A DNA stretch of 64,000 nt from Clostridia bacterium (GTDB taxonomy: Bacteria; Bacillota; Clostridia; Oscillospirales; QAMX01): NCBI GenBank assembly GCA_017441705.1, contig JAFRWU010000103.1:3081-67080 (forward strand). The letters run 5' to 3'. Shown one piece after another: positions 1 to 8,887 of this stretch. The position numbers and the translations under genes were made by a program. The notes below the pieces were generated by a model. It was not told where the DNA came from. It searched no databases and saw only the letters and a list, made by a program, of their open reading frames with translations. Each line of letters starts with the position of its first letter. The first letter of the stretch is position 1.

Positions 1-1
1 G

Positions 2-61
2 GGACGCCGCCCCCTACGTCTGTTTTGATATCCGCGGGGCGTCGAGGACGCCGCCCCCTAC
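2..61. repeat. 16-nt direct repeat GGACGCCGCCCCCTAC, copies at 2-17 and 46-61, at the window edge
   Basis: Exact match read directly from the sequence. The context is cut by the window start. Confidence 0.6.
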
Positions 62-81
62 AGAAGAAATGAGGTTTTGCC

Positions 82-657
82 ATGCAGTATAAGTTTTACG
101 CGCTGCTCTCCCGGATGCGCTACATCACCCGCTGGGGGCTGATGCGGAATACCTTCCCGGAGAACATCCAGGAGCACAGCCATCAGGTGGCGGTGCTGGC
201 CCACGCCCTGGCGCTGATCCGCCGGGACATCCTGGGCCTGGCGGCGGACCCGGAGCGCTGCGCCACGGCTGCCCTCTATCACGACGCCTCCGAGATCCTG
301 ACCGGGGATCTGCCCACGCCCATCAAATACTACAATCCTGAGATCAAGCAGGCCTACAAGCACGTTGAGTGGGTCAGCGGGGAAAAGCTGCTGGCCATGC
401 TGCCGGAGCAGCTTCGGACGGAGATGGCGCCCTTGATCTTTGAGAACGACCCCGCCAGCCGGAACATCGTCAAGGCCGCGGACAAGCTCTCGGCCCACAT
501 CAAGTGCATCGAGGAGCTGAAGGCCGGCAATCTGGAGTTTGCCTCCGCCGCCGAGCAGACCCGCCGGGCCCTGAACGAGATGCATCTGCCCGAGCTGGAC
601 TGGTTCCTGAAGCACTGTCTGGACAGCTTTGGGAAGAATCTGGACGAATTGGAATAA
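82..657 (+). CDS. HD-domain 5'-deoxynucleotidase, YfbR-like
   Basis: 191-aa ORF with HD signature (QEHSHQVAVLAH...LYHDASE) and YfbR-like length. GAGG lies upstream of the ATG and the palindromic terminator 666-700 follows. Confidence 0.75.
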   Translation: MQYKFYALLSRMRYITRWGLMRNTFPENIQEHSHQVAVLAHALALIRRDILGLAADPERCATAALYHDASEILTGDLPTPIKYYNPEIKQAYKHVEWVSGEKLLAMLPEQLRTEMAPLIFENDPASRNIVKAADKLSAHIKCIEELKAGNLEFASAAEQTRRALNEMHLPELDWFLKHCLDSFGKNLDELE

Positions 658-665
658 GCACTCAT

Positions 666-700
666 GCAAAAACGCCGCCCGAATTGGGCGGCGTTTTTGC
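666..700. terminator. Bidirectional intrinsic terminator between convergent genes
   Basis: Perfect palindrome GCAAAAACGCCGCCC-GAATT-GGGCGGCGTTTTTGC with A/T runs on both sides. Confidence 0.7.
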
Positions 701-708
701 ATGAGTGC

Positions 709-2139
709 TTATTCGTGGAGCTTTTTCACCTGGGCGGCGATTTCCTCCACCTTTTTGTCGTTGAGGATAAATTTCTTCCGGAACCAGAAGAAGGCGAAGA
801 TCAGGCCGAGGATGGGAATGACGGTCATGGTCATGCGCAGGCCGGTCTTGGCGGAGGCGGAGACCCCCAGGGACCAGTCCACGTGCTTGGCCTCCTCGGT
901 GATGGCCTCGTCGGAGAGCTTGTTGACCGACAGGCAGATGGAGGCCGCCAGGGCGGCGATGCCGGAGGCCAGCTTCACCACGAAGGTCTGCATGGAGAAG
1001 ATCACGCTCTCGTCCCGGCGGCCGTTCTTCAGCTCGCCGTAGTCCACGGTGTTGGCCAGGAAGACGGTGGTGATGACCGAGAGGATGCCGTTGGCGGAGA
1101 AGATGCAGAAGGCGGGGATGAAGAGCACGAAGACGCTGCTCATGTTGGTGAAGGCCAGGCCCAGCAGGACCAGATAGCCCAGCACGGCGAGCCCGAGGCA
1201 GATATCGAAGATGCTTCGGTTGGAAAACTTCTTCCGCAGCAGGGGGTAGAAGAGCATCATCGCCAGGATCTGGATCGCGCCGCCGAAGGTGTTGAACAGG
1301 ACGTAGGCGTTGTTCCAGCCCACGGTGCCGAAGTCATACTTGAAGAAGTAGATGACCAGATTGGAGGTGATATAGATGGCGGTGTTCACCAGGACGATGG
1401 CGATGGTGACGGTCATGGCCTGGTCGTTCTGGACCAGGGCCTTGAACATCTGCTTCACCGAGACGGTCTCCATGGAGGCGGTGGACTTCTCCTTGACGTT
1501 GATGCATGTCAGGGTGATGAAGAGGACGAAGAGCACGCCCACGATGGCCGCGAAGTACTTGAAGCCCACCACCTCGATCAGCTTCGCGCCGGCATTCTCC
1601 CCGGCGAACATGGCGCCCAGCTTCGGCACCAGCATCATGGTGAAGACGGTGATGATGGCGGCGCCAACGCCGGCGCAGCTGCGGGCGATGGTGGTCAGGT
1701 TCTCCCGCTCCCTGCCGCCCTGGGTGAAGGCGGGGATCATGGACCAGTAGGGAATGTCCATCATGGTATAGGTGACGCCCCAGAGGATGTAGAAGATGGC
1801 GGCGTAGGCCACAAGGCCCTTGGCGTCCATGGCGGGAGGCGCGGCAAACATAAAGTAGAGAATAACGGCGTTGGTGACGGTGCCGATCAGCAGCCAGGGA
1901 CGGAACTTGCCCCAGCGGGTCTTGGTTTTCGCCACCACGACGCCCATGATGGGGTCGTTGAAGGCGTCAAAGACCCGGGCCGCCAGCAGAATGACGCCCA
2001 TGATCCAGGCCTCCACCCCCAGCAGATCCTGGAAGTAGTAGAGCACGTAGCTGGCCGAGAGCATGTAGACCATGTCCTTGCCCACGGCGCCGAGGGCATA
2101 GGAGAGCTTTGATTTGCCGGATAAGCGTTGGTTGTCCAT
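709..2139 (-). CDS. Glycoside-pentoside-hexuronide (GPH):cation symporter
   Basis: 476-aa polytopic ORF. The N-terminus (LSYALGAVGKDMVY...RVFDAFNDPIMG) is typical of the MelB/XylP/YicJ family. GGGAGGA SD is present. Confidence 0.8.
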   Translation of the reverse strand: MDNQRLSGKSKLSYALGAVGKDMVYMLSASYVLYYFQDLLGVEAWIMGVILLAARVFDAFNDPIMGVVVAKTKTRWGKFRPWLLIGTVTNAVILYFMFAAPPAMDAKGLVAYAAIFYILWGVTYTMMDIPYWSMIPAFTQGGRERENLTTIARSCAGVGAAIITVFTMMLVPKLGAMFAGENAGAKLIEVVGFKYFAAIVGVLFVLFITLTCINVKEKSTASMETVSVKQMFKALVQNDQAMTVTIAIVLVNTAIYITSNLVIYFFKYDFGTVGWNNAYVLFNTFGGAIQILAMMLFYPLLRKKFSNRSIFDICLGLAVLGYLVLLGLAFTNMSSVFVLFIPAFCIFSANGILSVITTVFLANTVDYGELKNGRRDESVIFSMQTFVVKLASGIAALAASICLSVNKLSDEAITEEAKHVDWSLGVSASAKTGLRMTMTVIPILGLIFAFFWFRKKFILNDKKVEEIAAQVKKLHE

Positions 2140-2152
2140 AGAAATTCCTCCC

Positions 2153-3772
2153 TTACACCGTCAGCTCGATGCGCTTCTCCTCGCCGTTCAGCTCGTAACG
2201 GACGGTGACGGTGCGGAGCTTTTTGTTCAGGGGGCCGTTCTCCACGGAGAGGACTTTCGCGCCCTGGAGCTCGCAGAGGGCCGCGAAGAGCCTGCGTTTC
2301 TTCTCGTCGTACCGGCCGAAGTCGTCGGAGCCGAAAAGCACGGAGCCGAAGAGAGCGTTGACGATGGCGAGGGTGTGCTTCTGCTCCTCCGAGAGGGTGG
2401 TGTTCTCCTCCCGCAGCAGGAAGACGTCCGGGTCGCTGCGGAAGGCGCGGCCGTCCAGCTGGCGGCGGTAGAGGGTGTTGCGCTGGGTGTGAAGGGTGGA
2501 GGGGCGCTCGTTGTGGAGCAGGCGCATGAAGGGCTTGTCGTCAAAGTCCAGAGACATATCCGGGCCGACGCGGCAGTACTCCACCCGGCCGAAGGCGGAG
2601 GCCAGGGGCACGCCGCAGCCCAGGATCTGGCAGTCGCCGCAGACCTCCCGGAGGAAGTCCATGCTCTCGGCCATGATCTCGCCCCGGGTCTTGTCGGGCC
2701 GGGGGCTCATGCAGGCGGCGTAGAGGAAGTCCAGCTTGAAGAGGGTGATCCCCATGGCCTTGTAGTGCTCGACGCTCCGGCGGATGTAGTCCCGGACCTC
2801 CGGGTTGCAGGGATCCAGGGCGAAGTGGCCGGACCAGTTGGAGCCGCAGTAGATCCGCGCCCCGTCCTTGTACTGGAACCAGTCGGGGTGGTCCAGATAG
2901 AGGGCGGAGTTCTTCTCGGCCACGAAGGGGGCCAGCCAGATGCCCGCCTGATAGCCCTCGTCCCGGATCTTTTGGACGATGGGCTCCAGGCCGTTGGGGA
3001 ACTTCAGTTGGTCCACCGCCAGCCAGTCGCCCACGAAGGGCTCGAAGCCGTCGTCGATCTGGAAGATGTCCGGCTTGACGGGCAGGCTCTTCAGGCCCTC
3101 CAGGTCCCGGAGGATCTGGGCCTCGGAGATGTTCTGATAGCAGTTGTACCAGCTGGTGTAGCCGATCTTGGGGGCGGCGGGCAGGGCCTTGACGCCCATG
3201 GCGGCAAACCAGGCGTCGAAGACCGCGTTCTCGTCCCCCTCGGGGAAGAGCAGATCCAGGCCCGTGTAGCTTTCGCCGGGCTGGAGGACGCGGCGGCGGC
3301 AGTCCTTCTCGAAGAGGATCCTGTCCTCCTCGGGCTTGATGACGATGCGGGTGAAGCCCGTGTCCTCCGCCAGGGAGGCGAAGAGGGAGAACTTCGCTCC
3401 GCTGCGCAGATATGCGTAGCTATAGCCCTTTTTATAGCCCTGGCGCAGCTCCTTCCGATAGACGGGCTCGGCAAAATAGCCGTCGCCGTATTGGGAGAGG
3501 CCGAATTTCCGGTCCAGGGCCCTGGGCACATGGCGCATGGCGGTGTCAAACTGCTTCCGGCTGCGCTCGGGGCTGTAGGTCCAGCTCTGATAGCCGTTGA
3601 GGAAGAAGGCCTCGGCCTGCTTGCAGTCCACAGAGAAGAGAGCGCTGAGCTCCTCCAGCTCCACGGGCTCCGGGCCGTCGTTCCGGAGCAGCAGGGTGTA
3701 GCGGCCGTTTTCCAGCCTCTCCTCCGACGCCACCGGGCCGGAGGCCTTGACGGTGTTGTGCAGCAGCTCCAT
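2153..3772 (-). CDS. GH36-family alpha-galactosidase-like glycoside hydrolase (short form)
   Basis: 539-aa ORF with IFQIDDGF...GDW and GIWLAPF motifs typical of clan GH-D alpha-galactosidases. It is flanked by GPH transporter genes. Confidence 0.65.
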   Translation of the reverse strand: MELLHNTVKASGPVASEERLENGRYTLLLRNDGPEPVELEELSALFSVDCKQAEAFFLNGYQSWTYSPERSRKQFDTAMRHVPRALDRKFGLSQYGDGYFAEPVYRKELRQGYKKGYSYAYLRSGAKFSLFASLAEDTGFTRIVIKPEEDRILFEKDCRRRVLQPGESYTGLDLLFPEGDENAVFDAWFAAMGVKALPAAPKIGYTSWYNCYQNISEAQILRDLEGLKSLPVKPDIFQIDDGFEPFVGDWLAVDQLKFPNGLEPIVQKIRDEGYQAGIWLAPFVAEKNSALYLDHPDWFQYKDGARIYCGSNWSGHFALDPCNPEVRDYIRRSVEHYKAMGITLFKLDFLYAACMSPRPDKTRGEIMAESMDFLREVCGDCQILGCGVPLASAFGRVEYCRVGPDMSLDFDDKPFMRLLHNERPSTLHTQRNTLYRRQLDGRAFRSDPDVFLLREENTTLSEEQKHTLAIVNALFGSVLFGSDDFGRYDEKKRRLFAALCELQGAKVLSVENGPLNKKLRTVTVRYELNGEEKRIELTV

Positions 3773-3773
3773 C

Positions 3774-4566
3774 TTAGTTCTTCTCCTTCTTGCTCTCGAT
3801 GGTCTTCATGACCTTCTTCTCGTTGTAGAGACCCAGGATCACCGCGCCCAGGGTGCAGAAGCAGACCGCCACGATGGCGACGATGCGCAGGCCCAGGGCG
3901 GAGGCGGTGATCTCGTTGGAGTTGGTCGCCTGGGTGGTGCCGATGATGGCCAGGGAGGTGAAGACCAGCATCGCCAGGGCCTGGCCCCACTTCATGGCGA
4001 AGGTACGGGCCGCGAAGAACATGCCCTCCCGGTTCTCGCCGGTGTCGATGCCGTCCGCCTCGGCCACGTCGGCCACAATGGCCTGGGGGATGATGCCCAG
4101 CAGGGCCATGGGGAAGGCGGCGATGATGCAGATCAGCACGCCGGGCAGCATCCCGGTCAGGAAGGGCAGCACGCCGATCAGCGCGGTGATGGTGTAGGCC
4201 AGGGCCAGACCCAGGAAGCCGCAGATGACCATTTTCTTCTTGCCGTGCTTGCGGACGAAGCCGTTGACAAAGGGATAGAAGCAGGCGGAGAGCACCGTCA
4301 TGCCGCCCATGAAGACCATGGTCATGCCCTCATTCAGATTCATGGAGACCTTGACGAAGAAGGGCAGGCCGGTCTGGAAGAGGGTCAGGCCCACCCAGTA
4401 CATGACGTCGGAGCCGGCGAAGACCCGGAACTCCCGGTTCTTGAAGGTGGCGGCCAGGGACTTGAAAACGGAGACGGTGGAGGGCTTGGTATCCACGAAT
4501 TCCTTCTCCTTCAGCAGGAAGGTGGGGATCAGCATACAGACGCAGGCGATGACCGCCAGGACGATG
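3774..4566 (-). pseudogene. 5'-truncated GPH symporter remnant (C-terminal half only)
   Basis: The frame encodes ...FIVLAVIACVCMLIPTFLLKEKEF..., then the central loop and about 6 TMs of a GPH/MFS carrier. The N-terminal roughly 200 aa, an SD and a promoter are all missing. The remnant abuts an unrelated plus-strand fragment at about 4567. Confidence 0.65.
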
Positions 4567-4794
4567 AACGGGACGGCGAAATTCTCGGTGACGGCGGTCG
4601 GCCCGGGTCTTTCCTACCAGTGGCAGTACTCTGCGGACGGAGGGACGACCTGGAAGACGCCGAGCTTCACGAGCAACACGGCGTCGATCACGATGACGGC
4701 GACTTCCGCACGGAACGGGCTTCTCTTCCGCTGCCTGGTCACGAACAGCTACGGGACCACGACGTCCGGCACGGCGAAGCTGACCGTGAAATAA
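4567..4794 (+). pseudogene. 3'-terminal fragment of an Asp-box/Ig-like repeat surface protein, paralogous to 38732-41374
   Basis: Reads NGTAKFSVTAVGPGLSYQWQYSADGGTTWKTPSFTSNTASITMTATSARNGLLFRCLVTNSYGTTTSGTAKLTVK-stop, about 75 of the 92 residues of the repeat unit at 38735-39832. There is no start codon or SD. It has its own terminator. Confidence 0.7.
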
Positions 4795-4812
4795 CGACGA
4801 GGTGAAACACCG

Positions 4813-4852
4813 GCCGGAGAAAGCGAACGCTTTCTCCGGCTTTCGCTTTATT
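4813..4852 (+). terminator. Intrinsic terminator after the repeat-protein fragment
   Basis: 13-bp stem GCCGGAGAAAGCG/CGCTTTCTCCGGC followed by TTTCGCTTTATT. Confidence 0.7.
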
Positions 4853-4920
4853 CCCGTATTTCACGTGCGTTTTTGCCGCAAGACAGGACGGGCAATGGCT
4901 GCGGCTGAAAACAAAGCCCT

Positions 4921-4957
4921 ATAAAAACGCATCCGGTTTTGAAAAAACCGGATGCGT
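4921..4957 (-). terminator. Intrinsic terminator of the uvrC-rsmD-coaD operon
   Basis: 14-bp stem ACGCATCCGGTTTT/AAAACCGGATGCGT followed by TTTTTAT on the minus strand. Confidence 0.7.
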
Positions 4958-4998
4958 GTCTGGTTGATACGAGATACGGAAAAACGGAGCGGCGGCGC

Positions 4999-5520
4999 TC
5001 AGCCGCGGTCGGGAGTATCGGTCCGGATGCTCTTGCGGATGTTTTTGATGTCGCCCATGCTCTGCTCCAGGATGGAGGAGGCGTTGGCAAGCTTGTCGTC
5101 CACGTAGGAGATCGCTTCGCTTTTCAGCTCGGCAACCTTTTTTTCGTTGGATTCATAGATTTCCCTGGCGCGTTTCTTGGCGCCGGTGACGATCTCGCTT
5201 TCCTCGACCATGTGATTGGCGAGTTCACGGGCTTCATTCCGGGTGCGTTCGGCCTGCGCTTCCGCATCGGCGACGATCCTTTTGGCGCGTGCTTCCGCGT
5301 CGGCAATGGTGCGGTCGCGCTCCTGAATGATCTTGCGGGCTTCGGCGATATCTGCGGGGAGATTGTCATAGGCCGATTCCGCCAGATCGAGCAGGTGCTC
5401 GCGGTCGGCGATGCAGAGCTCTTTCTTGAAGGGGACGCCGCGGGCGTCGTTGAGGGCGTCGATGATCTGCAGGATAAGGCGATCTACGACTTCTTTCTTG
5501 CCGGTGGTCTTGTCATTCAT
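4999..5520 (-). CDS. Coiled-coil protein of unknown function (ATP-synthase b/H-like repeats)
   Basis: 173-aa ORF with GGGGAGGA SD, starting just after the coaD stop. It is rich in the AEA(R/Q)A(K/E)R heptad pattern. The function is not recognised. Confidence 0.5.
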   Translation of the reverse strand: MNDKTTGKKEVVDRLILQIIDALNDARGVPFKKELCIADREHLLDLAESAYDNLPADIAEARKIIQERDRTIADAEARAKRIVADAEAQAERTRNEARELANHMVEESEIVTGAKKRAREIYESNEKKVAELKSEAISYVDDKLANASSILEQSMGDIKNIRKSIRTDTPDRG

Positions 5521-5521
5521 G

Positions 5522-6022
5522 TCATTGTTCCTCCCCTTGATGATATAGTTTTGTCATGATATCGTCTATGATGACCGCCGGAACGAAGCTTTTGATGCTG
5601 CCTCCGTGCGCGGCGATCTCCTTTACGAGACTGGAAGAAATGAACAGATTCCTTTCAAGCGTGCTGACGAAAACCGTTTCGATGTTGGGGCGAAGCTTGT
5701 GATTGGCCAGGGACATCTGAAATTCATATTCAAAATCGGCAACGGCGCGGAGCCCGCGCACGATCACCGTAGCGCCGACCTCCGCGGCGTAATCGACCAG
5801 AAGACAGTTGTAGCTGCCCACCTCCACGTCCTCCAGATGCTCTTCCCTGAGGACGCGGCGGATCAGATCGGTCCGCTCTTCCAGCGTAAAGGTCGGGACT
5901 TTTTTGGAGTTGTTGGATACGCCGACGATCACCTTGTCAAAAAGACGGGAGGCGCGGCGGATCACGTCCAGGTGTCCGTAGGTGACCGGATCAAAGCTGC
6001 CGGGGTACAAGGCTATTCTCAT
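5522..6022 (-). CDS. coaD: Phosphopantetheine adenylyltransferase
   Basis: 166 aa. The N-terminus is MRIALYPGSFDPVTYGHLDVI (the HxGH nucleotidyltransferase motif). Confidence 0.9.
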   Translation of the reverse strand: MRIALYPGSFDPVTYGHLDVIRRASRLFDKVIVGVSNNSKKVPTFTLEERTDLIRRVLREEHLEDVEVGSYNCLLVDYAAEVGATVIVRGLRAVADFEYEFQMSLANHKLRPNIETVFVSTLERNLFISSSLVKEIAAHGGSIKSFVPAVIIDDIMTKLYHQGEEQ

Positions 6023-6035
6023 GGTTCACATCCTG

Positions 6036-6587
6036 TCAATCCGCGTTTTTTACGTAGAGAGTGACCTTTGGCCGTCCGTAGAAATACTCCTTCGTTTTGG
6101 CGTAGCCCTTCAAATCGTCCGGCAATACTTCGTCTTTCTCTGATTCACATACTATTATACCGCATTTTGCGACAATGTCAACACTTTCCAGCGTTTTGAG
6201 CGCCCGTTTCAGCTGCGCCGTTCCGTATGGAGGATCCAGGAAGACCACGCCGTAGGGATGCGGGTGAGAGGAGAGGAGAAAAGCGCGGTAATCGCTTGTG
6301 AGGATCTCCGCCCGGTCTTCCATTTTGCATTTTTTGACGTTGGCGGTGATGATCTTCACGGCGTCCCGGGAGGAGTCGACGAAGGTGGCGCCGGCGGCGC
6401 CGCGGGAAAGGGCTTCAATGCCCATCTGCCCGGAGCCGGCGAAAAGATCCAGAACGTACCGGCCTTCGATGTCGAACTGAATGCTGCTGAAGATCGCCTC
6501 CTTGACCTTTTCGGCGGTGGGACGCGTTTCCAGACCGTCCAGCGTCTGAAGACGCGTACCTTTGGCGCTTCCGGTGATAACTCTCAT
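6036..6587 (-). CDS. rsmD: 16S rRNA (guanine966-N2)-methyltransferase
   Basis: 183 aa with RPTAEKVKEAIFS, LDLFAGSG and DPPY motifs. It sits in the conserved position upstream of coaD. Confidence 0.85.
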   Translation of the reverse strand: MRVITGSAKGTRLQTLDGLETRPTAEKVKEAIFSSIQFDIEGRYVLDLFAGSGQMGIEALSRGAAGATFVDSSRDAVKIITANVKKCKMEDRAEILTSDYRAFLLSSHPHPYGVVFLDPPYGTAQLKRALKTLESVDIVAKCGIIVCESEKDEVLPDDLKGYAKTKEYFYGRPKVTLYVKNAD

Positions 6588-8416
6588 GATTCCCGATCCT
6601 TTCGATGAAAATACTCGTATACGGCGGTCGCGGCGCTCTTGCCGATCACGGCGGTCAGGTCGCCGAGGGACGCCCTGCGGACCCCCGCTGTGCTGCGGAA
6701 TTTTTGCAGCAACTCTGTCCGGCGGGTCTTACCGATGCCGGGGATATCGTCAAGCTCTGTCCGGAGGGGCTTTTTGTCCCGGAGAGAGCGGTGAAAGCCG
6801 ATGGCGAAGCGATGCGCTTCCTCCTGTACGGTGCCGATAAAGGAGAAGACCGCAGGCAGGGCCGTCAGGCCGATCTCGTCGCCGGAAGGGGTGATGAGGG
6901 CGGCGGTACGGTGCCTGTCGTCCTTCTGCATGCCGAAGGCGGGGACGGCGATCCCCAGATCGGCCATGGCGTCTTCCGCAGCTGAAAGCTGCCCCTTGCC
7001 GCCGTCGATCAGAAGCAGATCCGGCTTTCTTTCAAAGCCCTTTTTCCCGTCCCGCAAATCGGAAAGACGGCGGTGGATCACCTCGTACATGGAGGCAAAA
7101 TCGTCCTGCTTTTCGGTGGTTCGGATCCGGAATTTGCGGTAATCGCTTTTCCGCGGCCGGCCGTTTTCAAAGACCGCCATGGATGCGACGATATAGGCGT
7201 CGCCGGTGTTTGATATATCGAAGGCTTCGATGCGCGAAGGAGGAGAGGGAAGAGAGAGGAGGGAAGCCAGCGCCTCCGCGGTTTTGGTGCGGAAGCCCTC
7301 GCTTTTCCGCGCGCGTTCCAGCTCGTCCCTGGCGTTGGCAGCCGCCATGTCCACGATGCGGTGCTTTTCACCGCGCTTCGGCAGATAGAGATGCACGCGT
7401 CTGCCTGCCCTTTCGCTGAGCAGCTTTTCCAGGATCTCCTGATCCTCGGTATCGTCGGAAAGGAACACCGCGCCGGGGATGTCCTCCGCGGTGGAGTAAT
7501 ACTGCAGAAGAAAATCCGTAAGAAGCTCGCGCCCGTCTTCCGCGGCGGCGTCGGGGGTGAAGACCGTGAACTTTCCGACGATGCTCCCGCCGCGCAGAGT
7601 GAGGAGCACCACCGCGCTGCCGGTGTCGTCGGCAGAATAGGCCACGGCGTCGGCGTCCTTCACGGTGTCGTTCACGATGATCTGCCGGGAGCCGAGCTTT
7701 CTGACGGCAAAGATCCGGTCGCGCAGGATGGCGGCGCGTTCAAATTCCATATTTTCGGCGGCACGGGTCATCTCTTCGTCCAGCGAATTAAGAAGCGACG
7801 CATATTCGCCCCGCAGGATCAGATCGCCCTGACGGATCAGCTCCTTATACTCCTCTTCGCCGATCCTTCCGGCGCAGGGAGCGAGGCAGCGATCCATCTG
7901 TGCGTTCAGACAAGGCCTGCCTTTTCCGATATCCCGGGGGAAGACGCGGGAGCAGGTGGGCAGCCGGAGCGTTTCCGAAAGGGTATTGATGACGTCATAC
8001 GCCATCCCCCGGCTTCCGTAAGGGCCGTAATAGCGCGCCCCGTCGTTTTCCCGCCTGGACGACAGGATAAAGCGGGGAAACTCCTCCCGCAGATCCACGC
8101 GGATGAAGGGATACCCCTTGTCGTCCTTGAGCTTGATGTTGTATTTGGGAAGGTGCTTCTTGATCAGGATGTTTTCCAGAACCAGGGCGTCAAATTCGCT
8201 TTCGGCTACGACGACCTCAAAATCCGCCACGTTTTCCACCATTTTCAGGACCTTCGGCGTATGGGAGGCCAGGTCGTGAAAATACTGGGAAACCCGATTG
8301 CGCAGGTGGCGCGCTTTGCCCACGTAGATGATCTTTCCGGTTTTGTCGCGCATCAGATAAACGCCGGGCTCCAGAGGAAGCTCGGAGGCTTTTTTACGCA
8401 GCGCCAGAAGATCCAT
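6584..8416 (-). CDS. uvrC: Excinuclease ABC subunit C
   Basis: 610 aa with a GIY-YIG N-terminus (GVYLMRDKTGKIIYVGKARHLRNRV) and a C-terminal HhH domain. Confidence 0.95.
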   Translation of the reverse strand: MDLLALRKKASELPLEPGVYLMRDKTGKIIYVGKARHLRNRVSQYFHDLASHTPKVLKMVENVADFEVVVAESEFDALVLENILIKKHLPKYNIKLKDDKGYPFIRVDLREEFPRFILSSRRENDGARYYGPYGSRGMAYDVINTLSETLRLPTCSRVFPRDIGKGRPCLNAQMDRCLAPCAGRIGEEEYKELIRQGDLILRGEYASLLNSLDEEMTRAAENMEFERAAILRDRIFAVRKLGSRQIIVNDTVKDADAVAYSADDTGSAVVLLTLRGGSIVGKFTVFTPDAAAEDGRELLTDFLLQYYSTAEDIPGAVFLSDDTEDQEILEKLLSERAGRRVHLYLPKRGEKHRIVDMAAANARDELERARKSEGFRTKTAEALASLLSLPSPPSRIEAFDISNTGDAYIVASMAVFENGRPRKSDYRKFRIRTTEKQDDFASMYEVIHRRLSDLRDGKKGFERKPDLLLIDGGKGQLSAAEDAMADLGIAVPAFGMQKDDRHRTAALITPSGDEIGLTALPAVFSFIGTVQEEAHRFAIGFHRSLRDKKPLRTELDDIPGIGKTRRTELLQKFRSTAGVRRASLGDLTAVIGKSAATAVYEYFHRKDRES

Positions 8417-8441
8417 AGGTCACCCCAAACAGTTCGAATAT

Positions 8442-8480
8442 CGAAAACTGCGCCGCATAAAGCAGCGCAGTTGTTTTTTT
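8442..8480. terminator. Hairpin downstream of ptsH
   Basis: Stem AACTGCGC/GCGCAGTT. The U-run is only 4 nt on the minus strand and longer on the plus strand. Confidence 0.45.
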
Positions 8481-8491
8481 GCGAAAGGAGT

Positions 8492-8755
8492 TCAGTCGGC
8501 CAGATCCGCCGACACCATATTGGCAAGCGCCTCCACCGCGGCGACTTCGTCGCTGCCGTCGGCGATCAGGGTGATGTCCATTCCCTTGACGATCCCGAGG
8601 GAGAGAACGCCGAGAAGGCTCTTCGCATTGACTCTGCGCTCGTCCTTTTCGATCCAGATGGTGGATTTGAATTCGGTGGCTTTCTGAATAAAGAAAGTAG
8701 CAGGTCTTGCATGCAGGCCGACCTGCGTATTGACGGTTACTGATTTCGTTACCAT
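8492..8755 (-). CDS. ptsH: Phosphocarrier protein HPr
   Basis: 87 aa with His15 context GLHARPA and Ser46 context NAKSLLGVLSLG. Confidence 0.9.
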   Translation of the reverse strand: MVTKSVTVNTQVGLHARPATFFIQKATEFKSTIWIEKDERRVNAKSLLGVLSLGIVKGMDITLIADGSDEVAAVEALANMVSADLAD

Positions 8756-8791
8756 GCTTTACACTCCCGCAATAAGAGATTCTATGGTCAT

Positions 8792-8820
8792 ATTATATCT
8801 CACACTTCCAGGAAAGTCAA
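8792..8820 (-). promoter_or_regulatory. Sigma-A type promoter of ptsH
   Basis: TTGACT, 17 nt, TATAAT on the minus strand, about 35 nt upstream of the ptsH ATG. Confidence 0.6.
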
Positions 8821-8887
8821 ACCGTAATCCGCGAAAAACTGACGATAATGAAACCAAAAGACCGGGTTTTCTCGGTATAAATCACAA

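Noticed and set aside
58-702. Minus ORF 58-702 and plus ORF 664-2112 beginning with nearly the same peptide (MQKRRP...AAFLHECLF)
   Set aside because: This is an artefact of both frames starting inside the palindromic terminator at 666-700. Both are antisense to real genes.
4567-4794. Repeat-protein fragment as the template or variable repeat of a diversity-generating retroelement, or as a silent cassette for programmed inversion
   Set aside because: No reverse transcriptase, invertase or recombinase gene is in the window. Differences from the full-length repeats involve all four bases and are not adenine-specific. A simple deletion explains the layout.
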